A stretch of 64,000 nt of DNA from NCBI GenBank assembly GCA_016748015.1, contig JAAOMT010000617.1:938635-1002634 (forward strand), in the 5' to 3' direction. Both the position numbers and the translations under genes were made by a program. The notes below the pieces were generated by a model. It saw only the letters and a program-made list of their open reading frames with translations, ran no database searches and had not been told where the DNA came from. Within the stretch, counting starts at the first letter, position 1. Each line of letters opens with the position of its first letter. Positions 47,901 to 62,159 of the stretch are shown here, piece after piece. This stretch comes from Geosiphon pyriformis uo1 (Eukaryota; Fungi; Glomeromycota).

Positions 47901-49430
47901 GAGATTCTTTTGTTAACATAAAAATTGAATGCTGATTCTGCTAATACAGGGGGGTATAAAAAGTATTGGATACTTTTATAATATGTTATATAAAAGAACT
48001 AACTTATGAATTGTTAATTTTTTATTATTATATTAAAATACATATTAGTATTTTGTTTGACTCTTATTTGCTTTAAGAATAGCTTGAACTTGACATGACA
48101 TAGACTTGATCAAATTATGATAGTAATTTACAGGTATTGCATCTTATTCTTCTTTAATCTACTATTCCAATTGTATAATATTTGAGAGTTGTAAATTACA
48201 TTGACAAATTTTAACTTCAATATATGACCAAAGATTTTCTATTGGAGTAATATCAAGACTTTGTGTTGGCCAAAGAATTAATTCAACATTTAAAGAGGTA
48301 AGAAAAGAATGCATGACTTTTGATGTGTGAATTGGTACATTGTCTTCCTGAAAAAAAAACTTTTTTTTAGTTTTTTTTGCATGAAGTTTTACTGTAGAAA
48401 TTGCATAATTAGCCAAGATTTTATGGTATATAACTCCAGTAATATGACCAACCAAAGGAACTAAAGGACCCAAACCAACTCATAAAAAACATTCCCAAAA
48501 CATGTGACCAAAGGTTTTTCTAACTGTGGCTATAATACAATCCTTATGAAACTCTTTGGAAGATTTATGTCATACACGTTCAAATCTTATAGTCCTAAAT
48601 TATGTATATATAGATTCATTTGACCAAAACTCATTTAAAATCTTTTACTGTCCAATTTTCATAAGTACAAACCTATTGTAAATGTTTTTCTTTATTTAAT
48701 TTGGAAATTAATGGCTTGAGATAAGAAATGCACAAGCAAAGTCTTTTTTGAGCTAATCCATTTCAAATAGTTTATATAGAAATAAATTTGTTGATATCTT
48801 TAATAAAATTCAATCATATTTGAGAAAGAGTTTGGCAGCAGGTTTCTTTATTCTCCATTATTAAATATTTGAGTTGTTTACATACATGTTTGTCAAGAAT
48901 TTGTGGTTGGCCTGTTCATTTTTTAGGAAGTTTTTTTAGCTCATATGACTTCTATACACATATTACAGAAAAATGTGAACATTTAATAGTCATAGAAATC
49001 TTACTGTTTGTATGTCCTAACTTTATTGCTGAAATAATCTCTCCTTTTTGGTATTCAGAAAGTTTTTTTCCAAGACATATTTGATGTAATAAATTTTTTC
49101 ATGACAAAAATGTTTGATATTTTATATATACACATATAATCTATTGTTGTGTTTTAAAAAGATACAATTTATGTTAATTTGTAAATTATAACTATAAGTA
49201 ATTATAAAAAAAATTATGGCTTAAATTGGTAATAGTATTATTATATATAGTCTTTTTTATATATTATATTAAGTGTCCAATACTTTTTATACCTCTCTGT
49301 AGATAATTTTTAATTAATCCCAAATGTTAACAGTAGTATTGGAATAAAGATTTGGCAAATTCTAGATGGTTTGTTCCTATTTTTTTTGGTTCTGCTACTT
49401 TTTGATGGTTGTTAGTTGGTACTAGTTTTC
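41932..49430 (-). pseudogene. Element C gag-pol remnant (gag split by Tc1; PR, Cys-rich domain, dUTPase, RT, RNase H)
   Basis: LIFDSES at about 45710; DAGFDL...SRSS...KIAQ at 44130-43770; KCFFGKTELKFLGY; FIITTD. Confidence 0.85.
47947..49299 (-). mobile_element. Tc1/mariner (DD34E) DNA transposon, degenerate, 1353 bp
   Basis: About 29-bp TIRs CAGRGRGGTATAAAAAGTATTGGAYACTT; TA duplication at 47945 and 49300; transposase FQEDN...WPTQSLDITPIENLW with 34 residues between D and E. Confidence 0.93.
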
Positions 49431-49461
49431 TGTAAAATTATACCTTACAGGGAGCACCAAA

Positions 49462-50317
49462 TATTACAAGTGATTATTTGGGGTCTCAAAGCAAATAACA
49501 AACTTGTAACTTAGTGCTAATAGCTGATATGATTGTTATGATCTGAAGGTTTTGGTTGTTTGAAGGTTTTGGTTGTCTGAAGATTTAAGTTGAGTTCTTT
49601 GTATAATGGACAGAGATTTAATAGTTGTTTTCAGTAGCCTCCTAGAATTACAATTCTGTTAATTTTTTTCTTAGCTTGGTGGCTGGCAATCTTCTAGTAA
49701 GCAATTCATATTTCTTACATGTTTTACTCACTTGCAGGAGTTTTTTATCAGACAATCTTTGATGTCAATAACTTAGCACTTTAATCTTTAATTAATTAAT
49801 CAAACAACAAAAAATAACAAAAATAAAAGAAAATAAAATAAAATAAAAGAAAGAAATAAGCCAAGATAATGAATGTTAGTATCCTGTTAATAGCCATAAT
49901 TAAGAGCTATTGTTTTAATGTGGTTAAGTATTAGTTACTATCAATATGAAGTATTAATAGTAGAGAATAAATTGAGATAACAAATAATTATTTATTGATA
50001 TTTGTAAACTAGAAAATTGCTTAAATGAAATCTAAACTGAAAGATCTGCTTTTTCTACTTCTAATACTACTGTTATATATACATAATTGAGATTTCTTAA
50101 TTTCTTAATTCTTTACACCAGGAATTTTGGAATTCCTAAAATCTTGCAATTTCTTTGAAAGAAATTCTGAAATCCTGCAATTTCTTGTATAAGAATTCTG
50201 AAATTTTTGGAATTTTGTAATTTCTTTGAGAAAAATCCTAGAATTTCACATTTATTACATCCACTTTTGATTGGCTAATTTATATGCTAATATACTTCCT
50301 ATATTCTATGAGTAACA
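49462..50317 (-). repeat. Element C 5' LTR
   Basis: Matches 38980-39842; followed on the minus strand by the PBS. Confidence 0.92.
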
Positions 50318-50819
50318 ACAGTAATTTAATAAATAGTATTATTATAAAACAACTTATAAACTAAATAAGTTATCAAATTAATTATGCTGTTAATACATAT
50401 ATTATTTTAGCTAATAAAATCATAAAAATTTCAATTAATAAAATTTCAATTTTTTTTTAAAGTTAATAATATTATTGTATTTATTAAAGTTTTTATTATA
50501 GAAGTTACTTAGTATTAAGTACTTATTAATAATAACTAATTGTTTAAAATTAATATTACTTTTAATTAAAACATATAAAAATTTTATTTAAGTTATAATA
50601 AATATTATATATAAATATTAATAATTTATAGTTATTTTAAAACAATTATTATAATTAAAATATCTAATTAAATTAAAAAAAATCTTATAATTAAAATTTA
50701 TTAAGTTTTATAAATTAATAATTTTAAAAAAAAGTCAAAAAAAAACTCTAAATTAATAATTTATTTATATATTATTTAACTAAAAAAACATATTTATAAA
50801 TAAATACTAGTATAAAACT

Positions 50820-53612
50820 TCAAAAAATCCAATCAAATTTTTTGGTAGTATTTATAATGATAAGATTAATTAAATTATAACAGATTATAAACTTACTAAT
50901 AAATATAAAATATATGATAGTCTAAACCAAGATAAAATCTTCTTTTTTCTGCTTAGGAGAATTTTTTATGACTCTCTCTTATATAAAGTTAAAAGACATA
51001 AATATTTATATGGTTATCATATTAATATTAAATTTGTTGCCAAAATTGGCAGAATAAAAAACCAATCTGAATTAATTTTCTACTTAGCAGCCAATATTTT
51101 TGTTAATAACACGATTTGGGTGAAAAAAAGTTAGATTACTACTCAATATATTTTAAATATTACAAGTGATTTTTTTAAGATTAATAACATCTTAATTAAC
51201 AATAAAAAAACTGTGGTAATTTTTATTAATTAAAAAATTAGGAATATTTTTTTGTTAATAAGTAGTTTGCCAATTTTTATCACATAAAAAAAAGAATTTT
51301 ATAGATATTTGGATATTTTTTTGTCTTTAAAAAATTTATCTAAACTAAATTTAATAAAGATCTATTTGAATATTAAATTTTTATTAATATAGTTCTAAAA
51401 AAAACTATTTTAGACAAACAATTTTTTTATTTAGTTTTAGCTATATTGTAACTTATTATTAGTTATAAAACTCAGTTTAGTTTTATTTCTAGAAGTGTGT
51501 ACAATAAGTGAGATATGCTAATTAGGAAAAATTTAAGAGTAAAAATTGACTTGTTAAAGAATTTTCCCAATAAAGCTTTTTATTATTTATTATTGTATAA
51601 CTTAAAGACATTTAAACAAGTATAAGCAGAAAGTAAAATACCATTTGTTTCAAGTTTTGCAAATGCTAGTAGTGTTTTCAATTACTTGTTTAATTATAAG
51701 GTTTTGGATTTGTAAGTATTAAATTGATTTTTTATTTATTTTTTATTTATTTTTTGCAATATTATGTAAAATTAAAAATCAGTTTAATTAATAATTTCTT
51801 GGCTAATATAATAATTTTTTTTTTGAATTATAATGTTTTCTTTATGAACAATTTACCTTCTGTATTTTGATTTTCTGGTGGCATTCCAATGTTTTTTGTT
51901 TTGGGAGATTCAATGTTTTATAGTAGTTCTTACTTACTTAAAAAATTTGGTATTGCTTTTATTAAACAACTATACAATAAAAAAGAGTTGGTTTTTGATT
52001 AGAAAAGCTTTTATTATTAAAAAAAACTCAATCTTAGAGGCCCAATTCCTGTTTGGTTTAAATTGACATGTAATTATTTGGTTAAAGCTGTTCTATATTC
52101 TGCTAACTGTTTATTTAATAATAATATATGCCTTATGAATATTTTTAACTTCAGTGATTTTTTAATGATAAAATACTGTCTTGTTAATGTCAATTTGAAC
52201 ATTATAAAAGTTTATACTAATAAGTTATTAAAAAATTTGAATAGACATAACTTAAGATACAGTGAGACTGCATTTTTTGCTAATTTGAATTTAAATATAG
52301 ATGTTAAAATTAGTGATTTAGTCTCTTTTATATTGGTGAAGTTATAAGCAATAACTTTAATCTTAGAATGTATTTTAGCTTCTAGTGCTGTTGTTGTATA
52401 TTTAAATAGCCAAACTGCTTTAAATATCTGTACTGCAGAATTGAATATATTTTTATTGAATTTTTGCAATTGTTGTTGGCTTGAAAGACACAGTATCATG
52501 AATTTTATCAAATGTAAAAAACTTATCATTTTCTGGTCCAAAATAAAAAATTATTTGGATGTTTTGAATAATAAGTATGCTAATAAGTTAACTAAATTAG
52601 TATTATATTTAAATTTGGTACTTCCTATTTATATCAAAAAGAAATACATTAAAGCTAAAAAAATAGTAGTTTTTAAGAATACTTACTATTTTGTTTAAGA
52701 TGTTTTTAAGGCCATTTGTTGTATTTGTTAAAAAATTAGGTTTGAATCTAATATTATTAATAAGAATATAATTAAAAATATAAATTAAATTTAAACATTA
52801 TTAGTTTGGCATTTTAATTTGTATATGACTTTTGGTTTTATGAATAAAGCTATTGTTGATTTATATTCATATTTTAAGAAGGCTCTATATTGTTATTTGC
52901 TAATTGCTGTATATAAGCACTTGTATGATAAAGAGTATTTTAGTGTATTATGTCTTAATTATGAAAAAATAAAACTTTTTGATTATTTTTTAACATGTAA
53001 AATAGATTCTGCTATTTATAAAAATCTGTTTAATAAACATTTAGCTTAGTAAAACTCCATATTAAACTTGAACTTGTCATTATTTTATGTCTTATAAATA
53101 CTCTTTTTATATATGTTTGATGATATTATATATATTACTATATGTAAAAATTTTATGTTTAGAAAATAGTATTTAGAAACTGTATCTGTTTTTGGCTGTT
53201 TTAAAATTGTTGGCAGGAAAATTATTAATTTAGTGTAAGGCTTAGAAATAACTTATTATGCTAAGATGTGATTAGTAAAATCTAAGTATAAGGCTTTTAT
53301 AAAAAAAAATTGTTTGATTATACAGAATAATTCTATGTTTTTAATAATCTATGGTTTATTATCTCTGTTCTTGGATGATATTATTAAATTGCTTAGAATT
53401 GTAAAAACATATTGTGTTAATTTTAGTTTGCATAGATTGTGTAATTTTTTTGGATATTGATTATGTGATTTTTGTTAAAATAAATTTATAGTGTTGTTCT
53501 GATTAGTTTAAATAGTTGGTTATATATAAAAAATACATAATACATACTTAGTTTAGATTACTTAGTTTGATATATAGTACTAAATAATATTTGGATCTTA
53601 TTTGTAAAATAT
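50820..53612 (+). mobile_element. LINE-2: 5'-truncated or decayed, strongly A/T-shifted LINE remnant (RT C-terminal half, RNase H, Zn finger, 3' UTR)
   Basis: Colinear with LINE-1 ORF2 from IRFFGGIH onward; 3' UTR at 53490-53610 is the C->T/G->A version of the LINE-1 tail. Confidence 0.8.
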
Positions 53613-53619
53613 TAATAAT

Positions 53620-54915
53620 AAAAAATTTCAAATTATTAATATTTAAAACTTATTTGTATTGATTGTAAAAAAAGTTGTTATTTATAAAAACATATAAAAA
53701 ATAGCTTATTATTACTAATACTATTATTAATTATATATTTTAAAACAATTTAGTTAATTAAAAAAGCAAAATAAATAAGACAATAAATTATAACTTACTT
53801 ATAATATTATCTTATTTAATAAAAAAATATTTTAGAATAAAAAAACACATAATAAATTATATTAATATACAAATATTATTAATAATTAAATTAAAAAAAA
53901 ACTTCTTTTATAATTATTTACGATTTTTTTTAATTAAATAGTTATTTATATAATAAAAATAAAATTTAACAAATAATTATAACCAAAATTAATGATATTA
54001 TAACAATATAAATCTTTATAATCAAAATTACTTTTATTATTAACTCCAAAAAAAAATTATTTTTCTTAAAAAACTTAAAAATTTTTTATAAATATTACCA
54101 TATATTAAAAAAAAACAAAAGCAAAAACTTGTTAATTTGATGTAAATATTGTTTTATTTTATATTAATTTTAATATTATAATAAATGTAATTTTGTTTAT
54201 AATTTAATATTATGTATTTTTTATTTAAGTTTCAAAATTAATAAGCTAATTAATAAGAATAAATAAAAATTAAAATCAATATATTGTTATTTTGTATTAT
54301 AATTTAAGAATTTAGTAAAAAGTTATAAAATATAGCATAATATTAATCTTAAAATAATAATAATTAACATAGTAAAAATTACCAAATAATATTAACAGTA
54401 AACAATATTTTATAATAACAGTAAATATTATATTAAAATATTAAAAAAAATATTATAATATGTTTTCTTATAAAACTACAAATATATATATATTATAATT
54501 TTAATATTAAAAAAAAACATTTTATTTTAAAATATTTTAATATTTATATTTAATTATTTTCTGGTTTTTATTTTTAAAGAAATTTTCAATAAAAAAAAAA
54601 AATATTATTAAAAACTTATTTGTATTATCTATAAAATATTAGTTAAATTTTTTAAAAAAATAATTTTTGATTAAAATTATTTATATTATTATTAAAATTA
54701 AAAAAATACTAAAAATTATTAATATTTTATGTTTCTAAATTAGAAAAACATTTTAAATAATTACAAAAATAATTTTAAAAAAAACTTTATTAATAGTAAA
54801 TAGAATTTAAATTAATTTTTTAAAAAAATACATAAATATATATAACAATTAAAATTTTAAAAATAACTTTTATTATAATATTTACAAAAAAGTTTTTAAT
54901 ATTATATTATTAAAA
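53620..54915. other. Near-pure A/T tract
   Basis: Direct read; no ORF. Confidence 0.6.
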
Positions 54916-55017
54916 AAAAATTTTTTTTCCTTTGTCCAAAATTTCCAAAAAAGAGTTAAAAGTTTTTTTCTGAAAGAAGTTTTTTCTACAATTCAGTATA
55001 ATAAATTCAAACCTTTT

Positions 55018-56859
55018 TTGGTTAATTATGAAGCCACTGTTGGCTGTAGTATTGCTGTAATAAAGAAGTCTGTTAAAGACTTTTGTTTTGTTGACAATAG
55101 AAAGAACATTAAAAAAGATGTTGCTTTTAGGAAAAAAAAAAGTGGTGTTTTGAAGGATAGTGCTGCTAATAAACTAGTCTTGTCTAAAAAAGCTGTTGGT
55201 GGTTCTTGGGGGTTTGAAGTTAGTAATACCACTAAATCTGATAGTGTTGACATAAAAAAGGAGTGTCTGGTAGAGAAAACCAGTGTAGAATATGGTGAGA
55301 AAAGTTTGTTTATGGAAGACAATTCTAACCAAATGCTAAAGAGTTTGAGGTTGGTAACCATAAAAGTTCTAAGTACACCATTAAAAAAAATCAACTTTTT
55401 GGATAATGTTGATGATGATGACATTCTTTTAGATACTCCTGTAATTCTTCTTTCTCCCTTGAAGAACTTGGTTAATGTTTCTGTTTGGAAATTTTTTGTT
55501 ATGGATATTGAGCTAGATAAAGTGGCTGAGAAATCTTCTTAGGAAAAGCTGGTGGTGGTCAGGAAACTATTTTCAAAAGTCAATGGTTTTGAGGGGGTCT
55601 CTATTTCCTCAAAATTCTCAGGGATCATCTATGCTTCCTTTACTTCTAAATCTAGTTTGGCACAGGCTACAGAAAAGACAAGAGTGGCAAATATTTTGGT
55701 AAATACTAATCTCAAAAAATCAACTGGTCATTCAAATTGGACTGTGGTGGTTAAGAAAATTCCAATTGAAACATTGGCTAAGGCTATATACACTGCACTA
55801 TCTGAGTTTGGAATAATTAAGTCGATTAAGATGCAATTGGTGGGGCTGTGACAGAAAGCAGTAGTGAAATTTAAGCAATTGGATTATACTGATTTGGTTG
55901 CAGTTAAGTGGTATATTTTAATTAGAAAGAATGCTATGCATGTTGTCAAGACTGATTTAGACAAAGAGATATGGAATATAAGGGATTATCATAGAGCACT
56001 GCTCTATACACTGTTAATGGGAATTAATACTTATAATATCTAGGACTTTGTTCAATCTGTGAATGAGAAAACTTGTGTTATTGATTACTATCCAGTTATA
56101 TATGCTCAAGTCAGGTGTGCTGTTGTTTGTTTCAATTCTGCTGAGTCATTAGATGTTATTATAAGAACCATATCTGTGCTTAGGGACACTAATTTATATT
56201 GGTTTAGTCTTGTTTCTGCCAGATGTGCCAAGTGTAGAAAGTCAGATCATATATCATTAAGCTGTGTTAAAAGTGGAAAGGTTTCTTTTGGTAGTTTATT
56301 GCATAGGGTGCTTTCAGATGTAGATAAAAGCAGGCTGGCTGTGATATATGCCAAACAATCTGCTCCAGTTGCTTGTCCTGTTTTTTTTGATGGCTTTTTT
56401 TGGGCAAAAGTTGCTAGTGGGTCTTCTTCTCCTCTTCTCTCTGGCCGAATTGTTTTAGTAAATGTTGGCTTTTCTTTAAAGATAAAGTCATCTTTACCAA
56501 TTGCAACAAAAATCAATGATAGATTTGCCACTCTTGAGTGCAGTCTTGCCAGTCTCACAGAGCATGTTGATATGCTGGCTAAGAGGTTGAAAACACTTGA
56601 GCCAATGGTTTCTCAGCTTAGCCCTAAATGTCAGCTGTTGGTAAACCTTTCATCACAGAATCAAGGGGTGGATATAGTGATGAGTGAAGGTTCAAGTGTG
56701 GTCACTAGTGGTGAGACTGTTGTGAGAGCAGTGGTTTTTAATTTTTCTATTATCAGAAAAATGGAGAACACTTTAAAAAATCTTGCAATTATGGTTATGA
56801 GCTTTTTGGCCAAAATAGACAATGCTGGTTTGGTTTCTGCTGCTTTTTTCTCTCAATAA
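55018..56859 (+). pseudogene. LINE-3 ORF1
   Basis: VVKKIPIETLAKAI...SEFGIIKSIKMQLVGL and CAKCRKSDHISLSC. Confidence 0.85.
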
Positions 56860-59800
56860 TAGAGCTAGTGTGAAGGCTTGCTATGTGTAATGTTCAGGGT
56901 ATCAATGTTCCTGTCAAGCAAAAAGACATTGTTTGTTGGCACATAGAATCTGGTAATATGATTTTTATTGTTACAAAAACAAAATTGAGGCCTAGTATAA
57001 GGCCATAGATCATAAACAGGTTTGATAAGGTGAGAATATTCTCTTCTGGTTTGAACAAAGGATTTTTTGGTACTGGGATGGTGATCATTTTGAATGATTC
57101 TCTTACACATCATGTTGCCAAAATTGAGGAAGTCCCTGGTCATTTTATCTCTATTCGGCTCCTTTTTAAAGACAAGCTATTGGTGGCAATCTTAGGTCTG
57201 TATGCTGGGGCTTTTGCTGAGACCAGATTTAGTCAGTTCTCTGTGATCAACTTTTTTATTGCTAAGGCTGTTAATTCCTTTACATTTGTGGTGCTAGGTG
57301 AAGATTTCAATAAGAATGGATCTAGGAAAAGTGCAAGTTTTAAGTTCTGCTCAGATTTGGGCTTGGTCAATGCTTTTAATGGACATTTGCTGGTCAAAGC
57401 TTCTACTTGGGGCAATTCAAAGAGTGCCATGAAAGTTATTGATTATATTTTTGTAAGTAAGAGTTTGTTATCTGCAGTGGCTAGTCACAAGGTCATTTCT
57501 GTTTCGGATTTCTTTGATACTGATTATAATGCTGTCATGGTGTCTATTGGTTTGGATGGGCTCTTAGACATTCAGTTGAATAGCTTGTGAAAACAGACTA
57601 ACAGAGATTGTTAAAAGTTTAAAATCAAAAATGCAAATAATGTCAAGTGGTTATATTATAGGAATTGTTTTTCTGCTAGGCTTTTGGGAGTGAAGAATAG
57701 GTTTTTTGTTGCTGCTGCTAATAATAATTTGGACTTAATATGATCATTACTGGAGGGAATGATGGTGGAATTTGCAGATAAGATTTTCTCTAAGCATTGG
57801 TTCAGTAAATTTCAGTGTTCAAAAAATAAGCAGTTCTCTAAATTTCTGGGGCTTGAGTTGCTAGTTGCAAAAATTATCAAAAAGTTGAGTTTGGCTGATG
57901 TTCTTAGTTTCAATAATCTTGTGAAAAAGTGGTCAACATTAGATGCTAATAAGACTTTTGTTGTTACTAGCATGGTTTAAGCTAGTGAAAAACAGATGAA
58001 CATTCTTAACCATTTATCTCTTGTTAGAAGGGAATACAGGAAATTCAAGATATATAAATCGAAATTGGCTGAAGAGACATCTATCAGAAATGTGATTGAG
58101 CAACACATAGAGAAGTTTTGCCTAGACAAAAGTGACATAATTAGGAGTGTTTTGGATTGTCTGTTTTACAAAGTGGTGTTGGACCATTTGGTGATAGATG
58201 ATAAATTGGTTTTAGAACCAGAAAAAGTGAAGTCAAGTGTAGATAAAATTATAGAGGGTTGGACAAAAAAACATGTGGTGTTTCCAGTGCTGTCTGATCT
58301 GTAGGCTTGCTAGTATGTATCACTAGACTATGTTAAGGATAATGTCTTCTTCGATGTGATGTGTACAATTAACATGAGTGAATTGGTCCTAGTTGTTGGT
58401 AATCTGCCTGATGACAAGGCAGTCAGTCTATCAGGCATTCCTAATAAATTATGGAAGCATGGTAGTGAAGAAGTATTAAAGTGTTTATTGGTGCTGTTAA
58501 ATACATGTTTAACTGTTGGTAGAGTGTTCACTTTGTGGAAGAGAGCATGAATTTCAATGATTCTTAAGCCATATGACTGGGATGGCATTTTTATAAACAC
58601 TCAACTAATAGCACTAATTGAAACTGCTAAAAAGATTCTGTCTAAGGTTTTGTTTGATTATATCTCGTTGGCATATAGCAAGTTTAATGTTCTTTAAGGT
58701 AACAACTTTTTGGTGCTAAAAGGTATGTCCATACAGTTTTCAGTGTTTGCCATCAGGTCAGTGGTTAAGGATGCTTTTGAGAAGAATAGAAAAATCTGAT
58801 TGGTTCTGTAGGACATGTGGAAAGCATATGATTCTGTTGGATAATATCACCTAAAAACTAGCTTGTGGCATATCAAAATGTGTAACAGATTTATTGAGTT
58901 CTTTGGGAATATACATATGGATAGAATTAATAAGATAATGACTGATTTTGGTCTGTCAAATGACTACAAGATACATGATAAGTTGGATTAAGATGAGGTC
59001 TTCCCACCCCTTTTGTGAAAAATTTTTTACAATCCACTCTTGTATGAGGTTAAATAACATGAGCAATTGTATAGGTACAGGATTAATACTAAATTTGTTT
59101 TAAGAACAGATAGAATTAAGAGTGGTGGTGGGATGACATCTTGTTTTGCAGCTGGCACATTTGTTGATAATATTATTTGGGTTGGGAATTGTCAGGCCTC
59201 TACTCAGTATACTTTGGACATTGTCAGTGAGTTTTTTGTGATTAATAATATCTTTATTAACAGTGAAAAGACAGTAGCTATCCCCATTAATCAAGGTGTT
59301 AGAGTAGCTTCTTTCAGTATTTGTGGACAGCCAATTTTAATAGCCAAAAAAGGTGAGGCACATTGTTACTTGGAAATCTTTTTGTCTATGAAGAAGTTGT
59401 TTAAGCTTAGTGTTGTCAAAGCTTATTTTGACATTCATTTTTTCATTAATGTTTTGCTTAAGAAGACTGTTACAGATAAGCAGTTCTTGTACTTGGTCTT
59501 GGCTGTTTTGCAGTCTATAGTTAGCTATTGAACTCAGTTTAGTTTTGTTTTGTTAAATATTTGTCACAGATAGGATGTTATGATTAGAAAGGGCCTCAAG
59601 TCTAAAACATGTTTGCCATATAATTTTCCTAGTGAGACTTTGCATTACCCATCTTTGTATGGTTTAAAGTCATTTGAGCAAGTCCAAGCTGAGAGTAAAT
59701 TGGCTGCTATAATTTCATTTTCTAATGTTCATGGAATTCTTGGTCATTTGTTTCATTACCAGTTCTTGGATTTGCAGGTTTTGGGTTGGGCTTTTTTAGA

Positions 59801-61547
59801 TTTTTTATGGTTTTCTGTTAGGTTGTATGTTAGCCCAGTGAACAATTTCTTGGCTGGTGTGGTTAGAATTTTTTTGGACAATAAGCTATCTCTGACAAAC
59901 ATATTACTCAGTGCTTTCCATAATTCTAGTGTCTTTCCAATGTCTTTGGTCTTGGAAAAGTCTTTGTTCTTTGATTCTGTTTGTTTCTTAAAGTGTTTTG
60001 GGGTTGTTTTTGATGACTGACTGTATGATAAGAAAGGGAGAGTGATGGACTGGAAAACTTTCCACCACTAAAAAAGATTGGATCCTAGAGGTCCTGTGCC
60101 TTATTGGTTTGTGCTTACTTCTAAATTTTTGAATGATAAGGGTTTCTTGAAATCTGTCTCTGTAGTTTTTTCTTCTTTTTTGTCTGGTTTGAGCATTTCA
60201 GATTCCAAGAAGTTTTTGAATATTCAAGATGGCTTGCATGAAGTTTGGTCTAGCATTTTTGAAGTCTATACAGATGATTTATTGAAGAATGCTGGTTCTG
60301 CTAATGTCATGAGTAGGGCAGCTGCATATTTTCTAGTTTTAGACATGAGTGTTGACATAGAAGTTTAGGACTTTCTTTCTTCTACTATGGCTGAATTACA
60401 AGTGGTTGCCTTGGCTTTGAAGTGTGTTCTGTTCTCTTGTAGTGTAGATTTATATCTTAATAGTCAAGCTGCTATTGATGCATGTGTGTCTGAGATGTTA
60501 TTTGTTTCTTTTGATTTTCATAATCATTGCTGGATGGAAAGAAGACATATTTTCAATTTGGTCTAGAATAAAAATCTTACTGTATATTGGATTAAGGTCA
60601 AGGGTCATTTTAAAGTTGCCAATAATGTGAAGACTAATACTTTGGTTGGTGAAGCAGCAGGTTCTCCTGTTTTTTTACTTGTGGATGTGCAAAAACATTT
60701 TTTGATGACTGAGGGCATGGCTGTATCTGGCAATACTTGTCACTTTGTTTGGGATGTGTTCAGGTCTGTTTGTCGAGCTTGTTGGAAAGTGGGTTTTAGT
60801 CACAATGTGATTTCAAGAATGTTAGTTGGTAATGTGAATTGGGTCACCATTTCAAGGGTGTAGTATCCCAATTCACACATGCTTACAGGGTTTACTAGTC
60901 AGAAGTTGGCCACTTTGTGCATGTATATGATAAAAGCTGTGCATTATAGGCTGTTTGTTGCTGTCCATAAGAAGCTTTATAATAAGGAGTATTCTGGTGT
61001 GCTTTGTTTATTGTGTGATAAGATGGAATTGCCAGATCATGTTTTTACTTGTGTTTGGGATGTTGACATTCGAAGAGAGATTTTGTTTGAGGCTTCTATA
61101 TTTTGGACTTTCTTGGTTGGTGTTCATTGCTTGTCTTTTTCTGCTGTTTCTTAAGTGCTTGATTTTTGTCAATCGGATGTTGGCTTGTATTTGGTAATAT
61201 ACAAGGGTTTTATGCTGAAGAATTGATGTAAGGAGGCTATTGGGGTTTTTAATGAAAAAAAAGAGCTGTTAGCTTTGTTGTTGATTTGATTGGGAGGTTG
61301 GTCAAGCTGCATTATTCTAAAGTGTGGTTGATGAGATCTGAGTTTAGGGTACATATAGAGAAGACTGGTTTGATTGGTGATGATGGTATGTTGTCAGGTC
61401 TTTCATGTTGTGCAGAATCAGTATTATTGGATAGTATGATCAAATTTCTTGGTGTGTTAGAATTTTTTGCTCTTAGCTTTGGTTATTGCAGGTCTTGTTT
61501 TTTTTTCTGGTTTGGATGATAGTTTTCATGTTAATATAGGTGTGTAG
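56859..61547 (+). pseudogene. LINE-3 ORF2 (EN-RT-RNase H-Zn finger)
   Basis: CNVQG, LGEDFN, IDYIF, DM.KAYDSV, FVDNI, VYTDD, CLLC...HVFTC. Confidence 0.88.
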
Positions 61548-62159
61548 TATTGCCTTGTCTAGCCTAAGTGGCTAGCCATATGTAGAAAGTACATAAATCA
61601 TATTTAGTTTGAGCCACTTAGTTTGGTTCCATGTACTAGATAGCAGTTGGATTTCATTCATTAAATAAATTAATAAAAAAATAATATATTATTATTATTA
61701 TATAAATAAAATTAAAAAACTTATAAAAAACTAATTATAATTAAAATAAAAATATTAATAATTAATATTTCAAGAAAATATTTTCATAATATTTGGTAAA
61801 TTTTATAAGAAAAAAAAATCAAAAAATAATAATAATTAACAATAATTTATTGCTAAAAAAAACCAAAATAATAACAAAAACTTTTAATTTTGCTATTATT
61901 AAATTCTATTATACTCTTTATTTACAATATTAAAGTAACTTTAAATTACCGAAAAATATTATTTAGTTAAAAATACTTTTAAATATTATATTAATATCAG
62001 AATAAATTATTACATAAAAAAAAACCATATAATATAAAACTTGAATTATATAAAAATTTATAACAATATATTACAAAAAAAACAATAATAATAACCAAAA
62101 TTATTGTTAAATCTACCATAAAATTAAGTATTATATCAATAAAAATTATTTAATATTTA

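Larger units (their letters stand above)
38980..50317 (-). mobile_element. Ty3/gypsy LTR retrotransposon C with dUTPase, degenerate; contains a Tc1 insertion
   Basis: LTRs at 49462-50317 (5') and 38980-39842 (3'); TSD ACAG (38976-38979 and 50318-50321); PBS TGGTGCTCCCTGTAAGG at 49459-49443; gag, PR, dUTPase, RT, RH and IN remnants. Confidence 0.92.
54921..61683 (+). mobile_element. LINE-3: full-length degenerate LINE (ORF1 + EN-RT-RNase H)
   Basis: ORF1 55018-56859, ORF2 about 56859-61547, 3' UTR 61548-61660, A-rich tail. Confidence 0.9.

Noticed and set aside
54900-61700. TSD for LINE-3
   Set aside because: Flanks are almost pure A/T, so any match is non-specific
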